Positions 39,601 to 48,979 are shown, numbered from the stretch's first letter. The stretch is DNA of 51,040 nt from Candidatus Dadabacteria bacterium (GCA_003696425.1 RFHI01000259.1:1-51040); one strand, 5' to 3'. The notes: generated by a model not told the origin, from the sequence alone. Made by a program: numbers and translations.

Positions 39601-42354
39601 AACATAAGTTTCGGCAAGCATGTTTAATTCTGGTTCCCTGGTTGCAGGTGAAAACCTGATTTCTCCCGAGGTAATCTCGAAACGCCTGCCCTTTAAACCT
39701 AACCACCCCCTGAGAGAATTCATTGTACCGCTAATGCGCGGCTTGTCGAGCGTCCCACCTATATGAACGTCTGCCCGGAATTCAGCTCCCAGCCAGTTGG
39801 TGAGAATAAAAATATTTCGGCCGGCAGTAAGTGAAACATCCAGATCCAGTGATGGAAGAGCATTTAACTTGATCTGTGAAGACCTGTTTGTAATCAGATA
39901 GTCTCTAATGGTTTCAACCAGCGTGAGTAAATCAAACTTGCGTTTAAACTCCGCATTTTCTATCTCAATTTCGCCGGCGATAGCTGTTCGTCCCAACTCA
40001 TTTTGAGTTAAAGATAAAGAGCCTGATAGTATAACAGGTGTCTCTTCAAGCAGCTCCAAAGACATATTTGAAAACTTTAGATCACAAAAAGATTTTTCGA
40101 ATGTAAGTGGGAAAATTTCAGCTGCAATTTGAAAGCGCCCGCCATTAAGCAATCCAGTAAGCTTTTTAACCTTTATAAATTTCTGGCTAAGAACGATATC
40201 ACCGCTGATATCGTGCGAACTTATATTGGCAGATTCTATAGAGAGCTCGCCGTTGTTAACGGTAAATGAACCGCTTAGTTGCGGATTATCTAAAGATCCG
40301 TTTATAGTAGCATGCCCTTTAATGTTACCTCTTATATCATCCACGTTAGGCAGGAGTGGCAAAAGAGTAGCAAGTTTCAGTTTGCCGGCTAATTCGATTT
40401 GATACCCTGATTTTTGGCTGATACTTCCATCCAGAACAAAGTGACTCTGTTCTCCGCTAAGCACAATCTTATTGAGAGTAAACCTTCCTGACTGAATTGG
40501 CAGTTTTGTAGGGTTCTTCAACGAGACAGTATAGGGTTTGCAGCCAATCTCGATATTATTAAGATCAATCGAGCCATCTCCAGCCAGCACAGCCTGTAAC
40601 GGAAAATTATAATTAAGATCAGCAGAGATTCTTACGCACTGAAGCTCAGGATTATATTCTTTTGGTTTAAATTCGTTTAATATTAACGAGAGTGTCCCAC
40701 GGTTGCGATTTTTAGCGGTAACTGTGATTTTTGAGCTAATGGAGCCACTCTGATTTGAAAGGTTTAGAGTAAGTATTCCTGAGGTTAATTTTAGATCGCT
40801 ATTCAGTGCAGCTTCCCCCTTAAAATGCCTCGAAGCAACTTTGAGTCTGGCGTTGAGAGATAGCCCGCTAAAGTTTAACGCTCCGCTACCCGAACCACTG
40901 CCTGTTATGAAAATCGGCTCTCTGAACAGCAGATCTTGTTCAGGTAAAAATGACAGATATAAGGGAAGGGCGTCTGTTTTAAAATTCAACTTCTGTAGCG
41001 TAGGTGAATCAGTCAAAATCACATTGCCGCTGGCAGAGAGCTTATCTTTATTTAGGCTGTCGGTTAGTAAAAAATTAAGATGCGCACCTTTGACACTAAG
41101 CTGAAGCAGTAAATTCTTTAACATCATTCCAGTGTATCTGACTGTTTTAACGCTGGATCGCCACTTCCAGACCGGCTCATCTAACTTGCCTCCAAGCTTT
41201 AACATGCCGCTGATACCTGAGATCTCTCCATCAGGAAGTTTAATGCTGCCAATTTCTATATGTACGGCTCCCCGCAATTCATCGTCATTAAGCTTCAATG
41301 GTTGCTGAAGTTTTAGCGCCGCTAACGGCCCAATGCCGTTAAGAGTCTCTATCGAACCTAGCGGTTTGCCGTGATTAGTATCAAACTTAAAACTTCCATT
41401 AACTTTCTCCAGATCGAAAAGTTTAAGTGTGCCAGCAAAAATGCCCGCTGATTCCTTCGCGGGTAATGAGAACTTCCCTTTGAGCGCCGGACTGCCAAGC
41501 GTGCCCCCAAGCGAGGCACTTCCTTCGATATTACTGTGAATCATTTCAGGTGCTCCCAGAGCGCGCTGATCGAGAAAAAAGCGTACTTTTCCGGACAGGG
41601 AGTTCCCCTGATCTGTTAACGACCTTGCTATTATGTCCACACGGGACTTAAAACGGGTCAGAAAAATTTTACTAAAATCAATCAAGCTATCATAAATTTC
41701 AAAGGTCGAGTGTACTTCGCCGAGATAAATTGCTGTGGGTTCCTGGCTCTGCCTGTGTTTAGTTAACTCCAGCGAGAGTTTTTTTATAAACGGAGAAAGC
41801 ACAAAATTGTTACGTTTATTTCTGATCATTTTCAGACCCACACCAGAACCCCTGAGAGTTGAGCGGCTAAATGGCTCGCTGAAGGCGGAATCTATAACTG
41901 TCAGGTTGTGGAGTTTTAGCTTAATGAGCGGAGCTTTGCCGGACGACGATGGTTCAGATAGATGGTCAATAAACTTAAAGGTTGGACTTTCGGGGCCGAC
42001 CCCATCAGCGTAGCCGTTAATCAGTTTCAGTTCATCAAGGTGAATTACATGCTTAAAAATATCTCTCAGGCTGAAACTGGCAGTGATTATCGGAAAGTTA
42101 AGAGCTTTATGGCCATCTGCAATTATGGCTGCATTTTGAGCTTTAGCCCTGAGTGTGATCAGTGACAGGCTAACAGTGTCTACTTTAAATTCGCATTCGC
42201 ACGATGCAGCTACTTCGTCGGCCAGCAGGTCAACAAGCTCAAGTGCCAGATAACGCTTAAGACCTAGGATAGAAAATCCTATTAAAACACCAAACACAAG
42301 CCCGGCCATAGCCAGTCTGGTTCCGCCTCTTTTTTTATAAATTGTGTTTGGCAT
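36652..42354 (-). CDS. Fusion of TamB/AsmA-like (DUF490) region with POTRA repeats and an Omp85 (TamA/BamA-type) beta-barrel
   Basis: N-terminal TM anchor; repeated GxLxxPxxxG motifs; about six POTRA-like units; barrel with DRRDSRLNPTRG, YLGGRTSVRGF, FFDAG, LSPIGPIGFD; terminal Phe. Confidence 0.88.
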   Translation of the reverse strand: MPNTIYKKRGGTRLAMAGLVFGVLIGFSILGLKRYLALELVDLLADEVAASCECEFKVDTVSLSLITLRAKAQNAAIIADGHKALNFPIITASFSLRDIFKHVIHLDELKLINGYADGVGPESPTFKFIDHLSEPSSSGKAPLIKLKLHNLTVIDSAFSEPFSRSTLRGSGVGLKMIRNKRNNFVLSPFIKKLSLELTKHRQSQEPTAIYLGEVHSTFEIYDSLIDFSKIFLTRFKSRVDIIARSLTDQGNSLSGKVRFFLDQRALGAPEMIHSNIEGSASLGGTLGSPALKGKFSLPAKESAGIFAGTLKLFDLEKVNGSFKFDTNHGKPLGSIETLNGIGPLAALKLQQPLKLNDDELRGAVHIEIGSIKLPDGEISGISGMLKLGGKLDEPVWKWRSSVKTVRYTGMMLKNLLLQLSVKGAHLNFLLTDSLNKDKLSASGNVILTDSPTLQKLNFKTDALPLYLSFLPEQDLLFREPIFITGSGSGSGALNFSGLSLNARLKVASRHFKGEAALNSDLKLTSGILTLNLSNQSGSISSKITVTAKNRNRGTLSLILNEFKPKEYNPELQCVRISADLNYNFPLQAVLAGDGSIDLNNIEIGCKPYTVSLKNPTKLPIQSGRFTLNKIVLSGEQSHFVLDGSISQKSGYQIELAGKLKLATLLPLLPNVDDIRGNIKGHATINGSLDNPQLSGSFTVNNGELSIESANISSHDISGDIVLSQKFIKVKKLTGLLNGGRFQIAAEIFPLTFEKSFCDLKFSNMSLELLEETPVILSGSLSLTQNELGRTAIAGEIEIENAEFKRKFDLLTLVETIRDYLITNRSSQIKLNALPSLDLDVSLTAGRNIFILTNWLGAEFRADVHIGGTLDKPRISGTMNSLRGWLGLKGRRFEITSGEIRFSPATREPELNMLAETYVRSREGDNILVILEAHGPLTSPTIELSSDSPYSQKELLTLITTGGRDIRQTRAGSAERDFEPLLLDAEDSSESSLLGALFSRLTSIDTLSLEPNYNRRRGVIEPQIIAQKNLSNRLAIIAKSFISAANSESSLVLSYDLTDELNLAGMLQTVDNNQRDALALDLTYTILSSQKKLLEININGNKAISRGKLLTHLRLNNTSRIPESALDKIKRSIEDYYHNTGYMDAIALVKCELGGDYCKKLSITVKEGTIYTISKIIIRGENLPKFVNNIVDQPAKNTVATRQYLTKIQNLVLHKLRSEGFIGARVSAEYKKLRGSRAKLVLSVYSGAPVSFYFSGNTVFSANDFLNTINLFKRKQPFGANTINILIENIERLYREAGYLYATISYTRDVSTDNRINYRINIIEEERVPVSGVEFKGNKSLSSENLSKLIEERFPEFSDDILSPEFAVDEMLRHNSEAIKEVYVWQGFPAAMVKYRIVPNQDERSVKIIYHISEGDRLIASKIITENWPDKIQLPKKPDKPISVPKINSYIETLLEKLIRAGYLKAEITTQMKASNEPAVLLINPGKRTRISSIIIKGAQNIDVSVIKSRLLVQAGDPWDQELIDLSRKRLLRLGLFSRVQFEPSDGSLDQPTEQLTVTVIERSLHTLEIGGGVHSEFGTHLFGEFTDRGIFADGRGLAMRADLYYDPTVASVTEGIASLRYSDPFLFDSNYRLTEDLRYQKLELANQEFDLDRISLTSFVLRSFSDDFDLSLGHTLLEENLDNVSPDAVIGKFDTGTVKLSFVSASLNYDRRDSRLNPTRGFNLSLDALLATKKLGSDASYFGLEGKFSFIKPLPLFDRRISFAFNSRAGSLWTFNGTDNVPISQRYYLGGRTSVRGFRENSLGPRGVAGSVIGGDLLLQQNTELRYRLNDFTSLIGFFDAGTVFLKDRSISSGDLRESAGIGIRYLSPIGPIGFDIGHPLDERAGEPSFRFHFSIGSAF

Positions 42355-42941
42355 TGATTTTACAACTGTAAATATCCAGGGACTGGTAGATAGTAAAAGA
42401 GCTCACAAAGTTAAACCAGTGGTAGGATGGGCAGTGCGGCGGCGATAATATTCTGAAAATCCAGAAAATACAAACAGGGTTTTAAATAACAAAATATTCC
42501 TGACTGGCTGTCACTGATGAGGGGCTGTTTTAGTTTAAGTCTGTAGATCGAAAGTTCGAGTTTCTTATCGGGGCTGAATATTTTGAAAGGTCGAAAGGTT
42601 ATGAGACTTGCAAAAGATTCGTCTGCCGTGTCCACAATAGAGCTAGCGCGCCTAAATGAAGTCACTGATGATTATAAGGTGATAACAGCTGCTTGGGGAC
42701 ATTAAGAGTTAAGATTAACCCCCGCTTGATTAGCCTGCTATGTACGTAAGCGTTGGCGTAAACGCGAAATATTTATGCTGACGTCGGTGAATTTTTATTT
42801 CTTGTTTCTGTAACAGATTCTATAATTAATTATTTTATTTATAGTAAGTTATAGTCATTGGCTGCGTAAACTCTGTTCGGGGATATGCTGCTGGCTGCAT
42901 TAAGAAGTTGTGAACGTATGTAAATATAACGGAGAAGCCCT

Positions 42942-44513
42942 TTGTCATTACCCGCATTACCCGATTTTCCCCTGCAGGCAGACCTTAACAGCGATTCGGA
43001 CAATCCGTCGATCATGCGCTTCTGGTTGCGCATGGTTTCAGAACTAAAAGTTTTTGAAGCTGATGGCCTGTATGCTGTTCCGCATGAAGAACAAGCTATT
43101 CAGTTGCAGGTAAAACGGAGGGAATATTTCCTTAAAAAAATAAACGTAAAAAAGGAATTAGTAGCTCAGCTCGTTGGATTTCTGTACAGCAGGGTTTCAG
43201 TTGTGCTGGCCGATCTGAGTGGCGCTAGCGGTCTTTTAAAAAGTGACGAGCAGGAGTTTGAGTTTGTAACCGCAATTTCTGCTAATAAAAACGTTTTGAT
43301 TGCAAGGGTTAGTGTAAATATAGCAGAAAGAACATTTCATATGACGAATTTTCGCTGGTTGGAAACCGATAGAGCACTTGAGGTTTGTGGACTGTCGGAT
43401 TTTTACAGGACAGTATTTTTAAATATAATAAGTGTGTCTTGTCGGGAAGAAAGACCTGTCATAATTGCGGCTCCTTCTGAGGAGCATCTCCTGTTGCTTG
43501 GAGCGTTGGTCAGAACATTTGTCAACTCAGAAAAACTGAATATTGAAGTTACCGCTCCTGCCATCGTGAAAATTACTGAAGATGACAGTATACGAGCTCT
43601 TGGCAGGTTTATAACTGATAGTGAACCGCATGGAGCGAAACCAGCTGGAGTTATATGTGGCATGTTTCTGGAAGCAGCCGCTTCAGGCACAAAACTTTCA
43701 TTTAAATTGACCGATCTGGAGAAACTGCCTGTAGCACTTTCGGATAAGCTTATAGGAGCAGAAAGTTCAAATACGCTAATTGCAAAAGAGCCAGTGGGGG
43801 CTGGAAGCTATACGGGTATTTTTAGTCTTATTCCGCCAGGAGAGATGCTGGATCTTATCTTCGATGACCGGGCAAGCTTAGAGAATATGGCCGCAATGCT
43901 TTATCCGCTTGGCACACGTGCGTTAGTTGAAGATGGTATCGAGAAGATTTTATTAGGTAGAGTTAACCCGCACGATGTTTTTGATTTGTTGCCTGAATTG
44001 CCGGAATATTATCTTAAATATTGTGGGAGACATAAGGCCCTTGAAGCTACCGGTGGAGCCTTTTCAGACAAAGATCTGGCTGCCGCAATAACAGCCGAAG
44101 AAATGGAGGCAGACAGTGAAGAAGAACAGGCCGGGGACAGTAGACGAATACTGGTTGTAGAGGATGATAAGGATCAGAGACAAATTCTTGAAATGGTTTT
44201 GAAAGCTGCTGGTTATGAGGTAACACTTGCAGAAGACGGTGAACGTGGACTTGAACTGCTTAATAAGCATGGGGCTGATCTTGTAATTACTGATTTGATG
44301 ATGCCGGGCATGGATGGAGCAGAGCTTATAAAAAGTCTGCGTTCATCAGATAAATTTAAGAGACTGCCCATACTGGTTCTTACTGTGGTTTCAGATGATG
44401 AAAGAGAGTATGAACTGCTCGAACTAGGTGCCGATGATTTCTGTAACAAGCGCATACAACGCCGCTTACTGCTGACACGCATTTCAAAGTTGTTGGACAG
44501 GCCTAGGGCGTAA
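42942..44513 (+). CDS. Response-regulator receiver domain fused to a degenerate PilB/GspE-like region
   Basis: C-terminal REC: ILVVEDD, ITDLMMPGMDG, LVLT, GADDFCNK. Upstream YTGIFSL...LVEDGIEKILLG resembles the PilB/GspE C-terminus. Confidence 0.65.
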   Translation: MSLPALPDFPLQADLNSDSDNPSIMRFWLRMVSELKVFEADGLYAVPHEEQAIQLQVKRREYFLKKINVKKELVAQLVGFLYSRVSVVLADLSGASGLLKSDEQEFEFVTAISANKNVLIARVSVNIAERTFHMTNFRWLETDRALEVCGLSDFYRTVFLNIISVSCREERPVIIAAPSEEHLLLLGALVRTFVNSEKLNIEVTAPAIVKITEDDSIRALGRFITDSEPHGAKPAGVICGMFLEAAASGTKLSFKLTDLEKLPVALSDKLIGAESSNTLIAKEPVGAGSYTGIFSLIPPGEMLDLIFDDRASLENMAAMLYPLGTRALVEDGIEKILLGRVNPHDVFDLLPELPEYYLKYCGRHKALEATGGAFSDKDLAAAITAEEMEADSEEEQAGDSRRILVVEDDKDQRQILEMVLKAAGYEVTLAEDGERGLELLNKHGADLVITDLMMPGMDGAELIKSLRSSDKFKRLPILVLTVVSDDEREYELLELGADDFCNKRIQRRLLLTRISKLLDRPRA

Positions 44514-44645
44514 CTCCCTAATATTAATTGTATTTAATAAAAGTGAAGATTAGGTTAGCAGCTGTTTTGAGGTTATAATTAGGTGACAAAGGAGTTGCGG
44601 CCTATCCGCAAGGTCTGTCAGATAAAATTTTGTGGTTAATCAGTT

Positions 44646-46595
44646 GTGCTCCAGTATCCCCCAGATAGAGATGTTTCTAAGCCGGCTGATGGTGGTGCTG
44701 ACCTTTCAGAAAATACTGCTGGCTTGGGGCAAGACAGGCTGCTTGAGCAGTTTAAGCCCGAGGTAGAAGTTGAGGCGCCGAATTTCAGGGGCAATCAAGC
44801 CAAACGAATACGTGATACTGCTTACCGGATCAGAAAAAAGTTTGGTGTGTCAGTAGTTACCTCCAGGCTGCTTGCCGTAAGAGGTTTTGGTGCAAACAAA
44901 TCTCTGGAAAAACACCTAAGCCCTGCACTGGAGCATTTACCCGATCCTGCAAAGTTAAAAAACCTTGAGCGAGCAGCAGAAGAGATTGCCGGCGCTGTAT
45001 TGCGCGGCGAATCTGTTGCAATATGCTGTGATTACGATGTAGATGGAACATCAAGTGCTGCGATTCTCTCTCGCTTTCTAGAAGCTGTTGGTGGACAGGG
45101 GGCTGTATTTGCGCCTGATCGCTTTAAAGATGGATATGGCCTGAATAATAAAATGGTAGAAGATATTGCCAGCAGCCCTGATGCGTTTAAACTTCTTGTA
45201 ACTTTAGATTACGGCACTAAAAATGAAACCGAACTGTCGCTGGCTTCTAAATTGGGTCTGAAAACAATTGTAATAGATCACCATCATAAACCTGAAGGAG
45301 CAGAGACAGCCGGTGACGTTATGGTTAATCCCAAACAAGAGGGTTGCGGATTTGCCGGTGAAATTTTGTGCACAGCCGGACTTAGCTGGTATCTTGTGAA
45401 TGCCATACGTGAGAAGCTTATCTCATTCGGTGACAGAGATATTGCTAAAAAGGCCTCCGAATTTTCTACTGATCAGCTACTTCCCTTTGTAGCACTTGCC
45501 ACAGTTGCTGACGTGGTTCCCCTGGTTGGTGCTAATCATACCCTTACAGCACTTGGAATGCGAGAGCTTGAGCGAACAGAAATTGTTGGCCTTAAAGCTC
45601 TTCTTGAGGCTGGCCGGCTCAGTGATGATATCCGGGCAGAACATATAGCCTTCAGGCTCGGGCCGATGATTAACGCTGCCGGACGCGTGCTCTCTGAAGC
45701 ACAGGAGGGTAGGCCCGGCGCATTGTTCGTTGTCGAGCTTATGACCACGGGAGATTTTGATCGTGCCAGAGAGCTCGCCAGTATGCTGTTTAAGGCCAAT
45801 CAGGAACGTAAGGAGGTAGAGCGTAATATGAAAGCGCAGGCTCTAAAGCTAGCGCGTGATGAGATCGCCCGCTTTGGGGGGCTGCCCTCTGCTTTTGTGC
45901 TCTACGACAGTTCTTTCCATGAAGGTGTTGTAGGCATTACAGCTGCAAGATTGGTAGAGCAGTTTAATCGGCCTGTTATAATACTGAGTAAAGATCAGGA
46001 TGGGAATTTAAAAGGTTCGGGGCGCGCACCTGAAGGGGTTCATCTGGCAGAGATACTTGAGGAGTTAAAAAATGATCTTTTAAAAGGTGGTGGACATGCA
46101 AAGGCGGCGGGTCTTACTCTTCCAGAGGAAAACCTGGAAAGGTTTCGCAGCCATTTTATAGAAGCCTGCGAGCGAGCGCTTGCAGACATGCCTGCTGCTC
46201 TTAAGGTTAGGGCAGATCTCAAGATTACGCTCTCGGAACTTAAACAGTCAGGTTCTGTGCTTTACGATGAGCTGAAAAAACTTGAACCCTTTGGTGAAGC
46301 GAATCCTGCTCCGCGCTTTCTGGTTGAAAATGTTCAGATTGTGCTCGTTGAGGACCTTGGAGCAAGCTCTCAAAGTTCAGGGCACAAGAAATTTATCCTG
46401 CGGCAATCCTCAAAAGATGGTACTGACACATATCTGACGGCCGTATGGTGGCATTCCTCTGATCAGACAGTTCTCAAAGAGGGAGATGTTATTGATCTGG
46501 TGTTTCAGCCGGCCAGGCGTAAGGGTTTAAGATTTCATCTTAACCGAGAAGACCTGGTTTTAAATATTAATGCTGCTGTAAAGAAAAATAATTAA
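44646..46595 (+). CDS. recJ: Single-stranded-DNA-specific exonuclease RecJ
   Basis: DYDVDG, DYG, DHH, NPK, ADVVPL, GPMINAAGR, GSGR, GGHAKAAG, LEPFGEANP. Confidence 0.93.
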   Translation: MLQYPPDRDVSKPADGGADLSENTAGLGQDRLLEQFKPEVEVEAPNFRGNQAKRIRDTAYRIRKKFGVSVVTSRLLAVRGFGANKSLEKHLSPALEHLPDPAKLKNLERAAEEIAGAVLRGESVAICCDYDVDGTSSAAILSRFLEAVGGQGAVFAPDRFKDGYGLNNKMVEDIASSPDAFKLLVTLDYGTKNETELSLASKLGLKTIVIDHHHKPEGAETAGDVMVNPKQEGCGFAGEILCTAGLSWYLVNAIREKLISFGDRDIAKKASEFSTDQLLPFVALATVADVVPLVGANHTLTALGMRELERTEIVGLKALLEAGRLSDDIRAEHIAFRLGPMINAAGRVLSEAQEGRPGALFVVELMTTGDFDRARELASMLFKANQERKEVERNMKAQALKLARDEIARFGGLPSAFVLYDSSFHEGVVGITAARLVEQFNRPVIILSKDQDGNLKGSGRAPEGVHLAEILEELKNDLLKGGGHAKAAGLTLPEENLERFRSHFIEACERALADMPAALKVRADLKITLSELKQSGSVLYDELKKLEPFGEANPAPRFLVENVQIVLVEDLGASSQSSGHKKFILRQSSKDGTDTYLTAVWWHSSDQTVLKEGDVIDLVFQPARRKGLRFHLNREDLVLNINAAVKKNN

Positions 46596-46632
46596 ATAAT
46601 CTGAATTCAGGAAGTTAATTGCATATGATCGC

Positions 46633-46649
46633 GAAGGCCACGGGCCTTC
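46633..46649. terminator. Hairpin between convergent recJ and exonuclease genes
   Basis: GAAGGCC-acg-GGCCTTC. Confidence 0.4.
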
Positions 46650-46730
46650 TCTGATGTCAATTCGGGCATTTTTTGTATTGTCGCGGGACGTAGTAATAAT
46701 TTGTCATAGCGTGATATGCCGTGACAGTTG

Positions 46731-48782
46731 TCACTGATACAATTTTCCGAACGCAGGCCAAATTCTGAGAACGGGTTTTTTACGACCGCGCTCTGTTTTT
46801 AGTTTTTCAACCAGGTTTTGTTGTTCGGTGTTGGAAAGCCCTTTTTCGGCGAATGCCTCTTTCAATTTTTCCTGCGACACTTTAACTTTTATTAGGGGCT
46901 CGACAAGTTCCGGATGCCTTTTTTTTAGCTCTTCAAGGTTTAATCGTGTAATTGAACGGCTGCGTATCTGTACTTCGCCGCTATCAGTGACAAAAGTAAA
47001 TGATTTACGGGATTTGTTAAGCTTAGAAGCCAGTTTTTCTTTAAGCTGCGCTTTAATATGTTTTTGACGAAGCTGCTCAACACCCAAATCATTACCGGCG
47101 TCATTGTTTCTCATTAGTTCTATAATTTTTGCTCTTTCAGCAATTATTTCGTGAAGCAAAGTATCCAGTGCGGTATGCAGCTCTTTTTCAAGTTTGCTTC
47201 TGCGACTGTTATCCGGACGGTCCTTAAGAAAGAGGGTGCCTTTTTTGGCGGCTTTAGCAATTTTAGCAGCCAATCTTTCAACATTAGTGACGGGGTTCTC
47301 AGAGGTATATTCAACGATTGAGCCCAGCGTACGGTAGAGAGCATTAATTGCTTCAGCGTTAAATATCTTTTGTTGCCTTGACGCTTTCGCCCCTCTATGG
47401 ATACCTCGCAGTTTAACACCTGCGATCTCGCGACAGCAGGCTACCAGCGAATGATCCGGAAGATCCGGAAAAAGTTCAGCAGCAATTTTAAGAGTAGCTT
47501 TTAAGTGATCTTGATGAATCTCAAGAGCTGAACGGTCAACTGCTTTAAGCACCTGTTCCGTATCAGAATAGCCGGAGCCGTAACGTTCTTCCAGATTCAG
47601 GTTAATTCGACCAATCCAGGGAGCAGCAATCCCTGATTCAACAAAGATACTGGCCAAATCTTCTTCTATCATTTTTTTGTTATAGCCGGCGTCGGACTTT
47701 GCTTTTTGGGAAAGGTGTTTTTTTAATTCAGTTTTTGAGAGCGCAAACTCAATAACTTTACTGCCAATCTCAGGATGCAGCCTTAAGAGCTTCTCGGGAT
47801 CAATCTCTGTAAGTCTATCGGCTTTAAGAAGTACGCTGCCATTTTCCCCTTTATAGAAGAGGCGTCTTTCAGGATCCTGAAAAGCTGCTGCAACCAGTGT
47901 AGCAACTGTTGCTTCAAGCTCTTTAATGCGGGCGCTATGTTTGGCGAGCTTAACACCTAATCCACCGTTTTCAAGGATCTCCAGAGAATGAACCACAGAT
48001 TCTTTAAGCTCACTTAAAAGCTCTTCTGTTGTTAAGCTTGCCGGCACAGCTGCTTTTTCAATCATGCCAATAAGAACATTTGCTAACTTGAATTCTCCTT
48101 CAGCATCGAATGCAGCATAATCCTCCTGGGAAGTGCTTAAAATATCTTTAAGCCAGTTGCTTGTTTGCTCGCCTTTGTTAATTTGGAATCCGATTATTTC
48201 TGCAAAGCAAGCCTTGAACGAATGTGAAGGTAAGTCAGGACGAAGCTTACGGGCCAGTTCAAGGGTGTCAACTGCGCCATTCAGGGCAATGCCATATTTT
48301 TGAAACTGATTTTCTTCAAATGATGCGTTGTGTGCCGCTTTAATTACGCCGCTGTCTTCAAGGACATTGCGCAAGGGTTCAAGTGGATTGATTTCATGAC
48401 CGGCATTTCTCGATTCATCGGCAGCCTCCTTTTCTAGCTTTTTTACGTCAATTAAATAAACCTTTCCCTGCTGTTTGAGCGGGTCATTAGCCTGAGGAGT
48501 TTTGGCTAGTCCGATTTGTATCAGACATAACCTTTCGTTAAGAGGTTCGTTTAGTTCTGCATAGCCGCCAGTCTCGGTATCGATAGCTATAAAATTTTGT
48601 GACTGAAGTATTGGTACGATCTTTTTCAGCTCAGCCCTGCTTGTGATCCATTCTCTCTCCCAGGATGGGCCCAACTCTGGTAGTGCTGGCAGAATATCCG
48701 TTTTGCCGGAATGATGTTCCACTCCGGACTGATTGTTACCAAAATTTTGAAGGTCTCCGGTATGATCATTAACAATCTGCAC
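46731..48782 (-). CDS. DEDDy 3'-5' exonuclease (PolA-exo/RNase D-like) with long duplicated C-terminal region
   Basis: ExoI AIDTETG, LCLIQIG, ExoII HNASFE, DTL, EQTSNW, ExoIII YAAFDAE; no polymerase or HRDC domain recognised. Confidence 0.8.
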   Translation of the reverse strand: MQIVNDHTGDLQNFGNNQSGVEHHSGKTDILPALPELGPSWEREWITSRAELKKIVPILQSQNFIAIDTETGGYAELNEPLNERLCLIQIGLAKTPQANDPLKQQGKVYLIDVKKLEKEAADESRNAGHEINPLEPLRNVLEDSGVIKAAHNASFEENQFQKYGIALNGAVDTLELARKLRPDLPSHSFKACFAEIIGFQINKGEQTSNWLKDILSTSQEDYAAFDAEGEFKLANVLIGMIEKAAVPASLTTEELLSELKESVVHSLEILENGGLGVKLAKHSARIKELEATVATLVAAAFQDPERRLFYKGENGSVLLKADRLTEIDPEKLLRLHPEIGSKVIEFALSKTELKKHLSQKAKSDAGYNKKMIEEDLASIFVESGIAAPWIGRINLNLEERYGSGYSDTEQVLKAVDRSALEIHQDHLKATLKIAAELFPDLPDHSLVACCREIAGVKLRGIHRGAKASRQQKIFNAEAINALYRTLGSIVEYTSENPVTNVERLAAKIAKAAKKGTLFLKDRPDNSRRSKLEKELHTALDTLLHEIIAERAKIIELMRNNDAGNDLGVEQLRQKHIKAQLKEKLASKLNKSRKSFTFVTDSGEVQIRSRSITRLNLEELKKRHPELVEPLIKVKVSQEKLKEAFAEKGLSNTEQQNLVEKLKTERGRKKPVLRIWPAFGKLYQ

Positions 48783-48979
48783 TTCGGCTGCTCTCCCGCG
48801 ATTGGGATGAGGCTTCCAGCTAGTATTTTATCCGTTACAGCCTTTCTAACCGAGTAAATTTAAATTTTTTTGCCGGGCCGGTTATAAGCCGGTCTCAGCG
48901 TTGAGCAATTCCGAATTATTGCAACTGGTTATAGCTTTTAACCATTCCAGCACTTTAAGGCTGTGCAGCTTGGATTCGG

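Noticed and set aside
42411-42713. Short ORFs in the spacer between the TamB fusion and the REC gene
   Set aside because: No motifs or convincing RBS; probably a divergent promoter region.
48872-48899. Hairpin after lipA as a terminator or RNase P 3' fragment (CCGGCTTAT)
   Set aside because: Followed by an A-run rather than a U-run on the lipA strand, and no GAGGAAAGUCC elsewhere.
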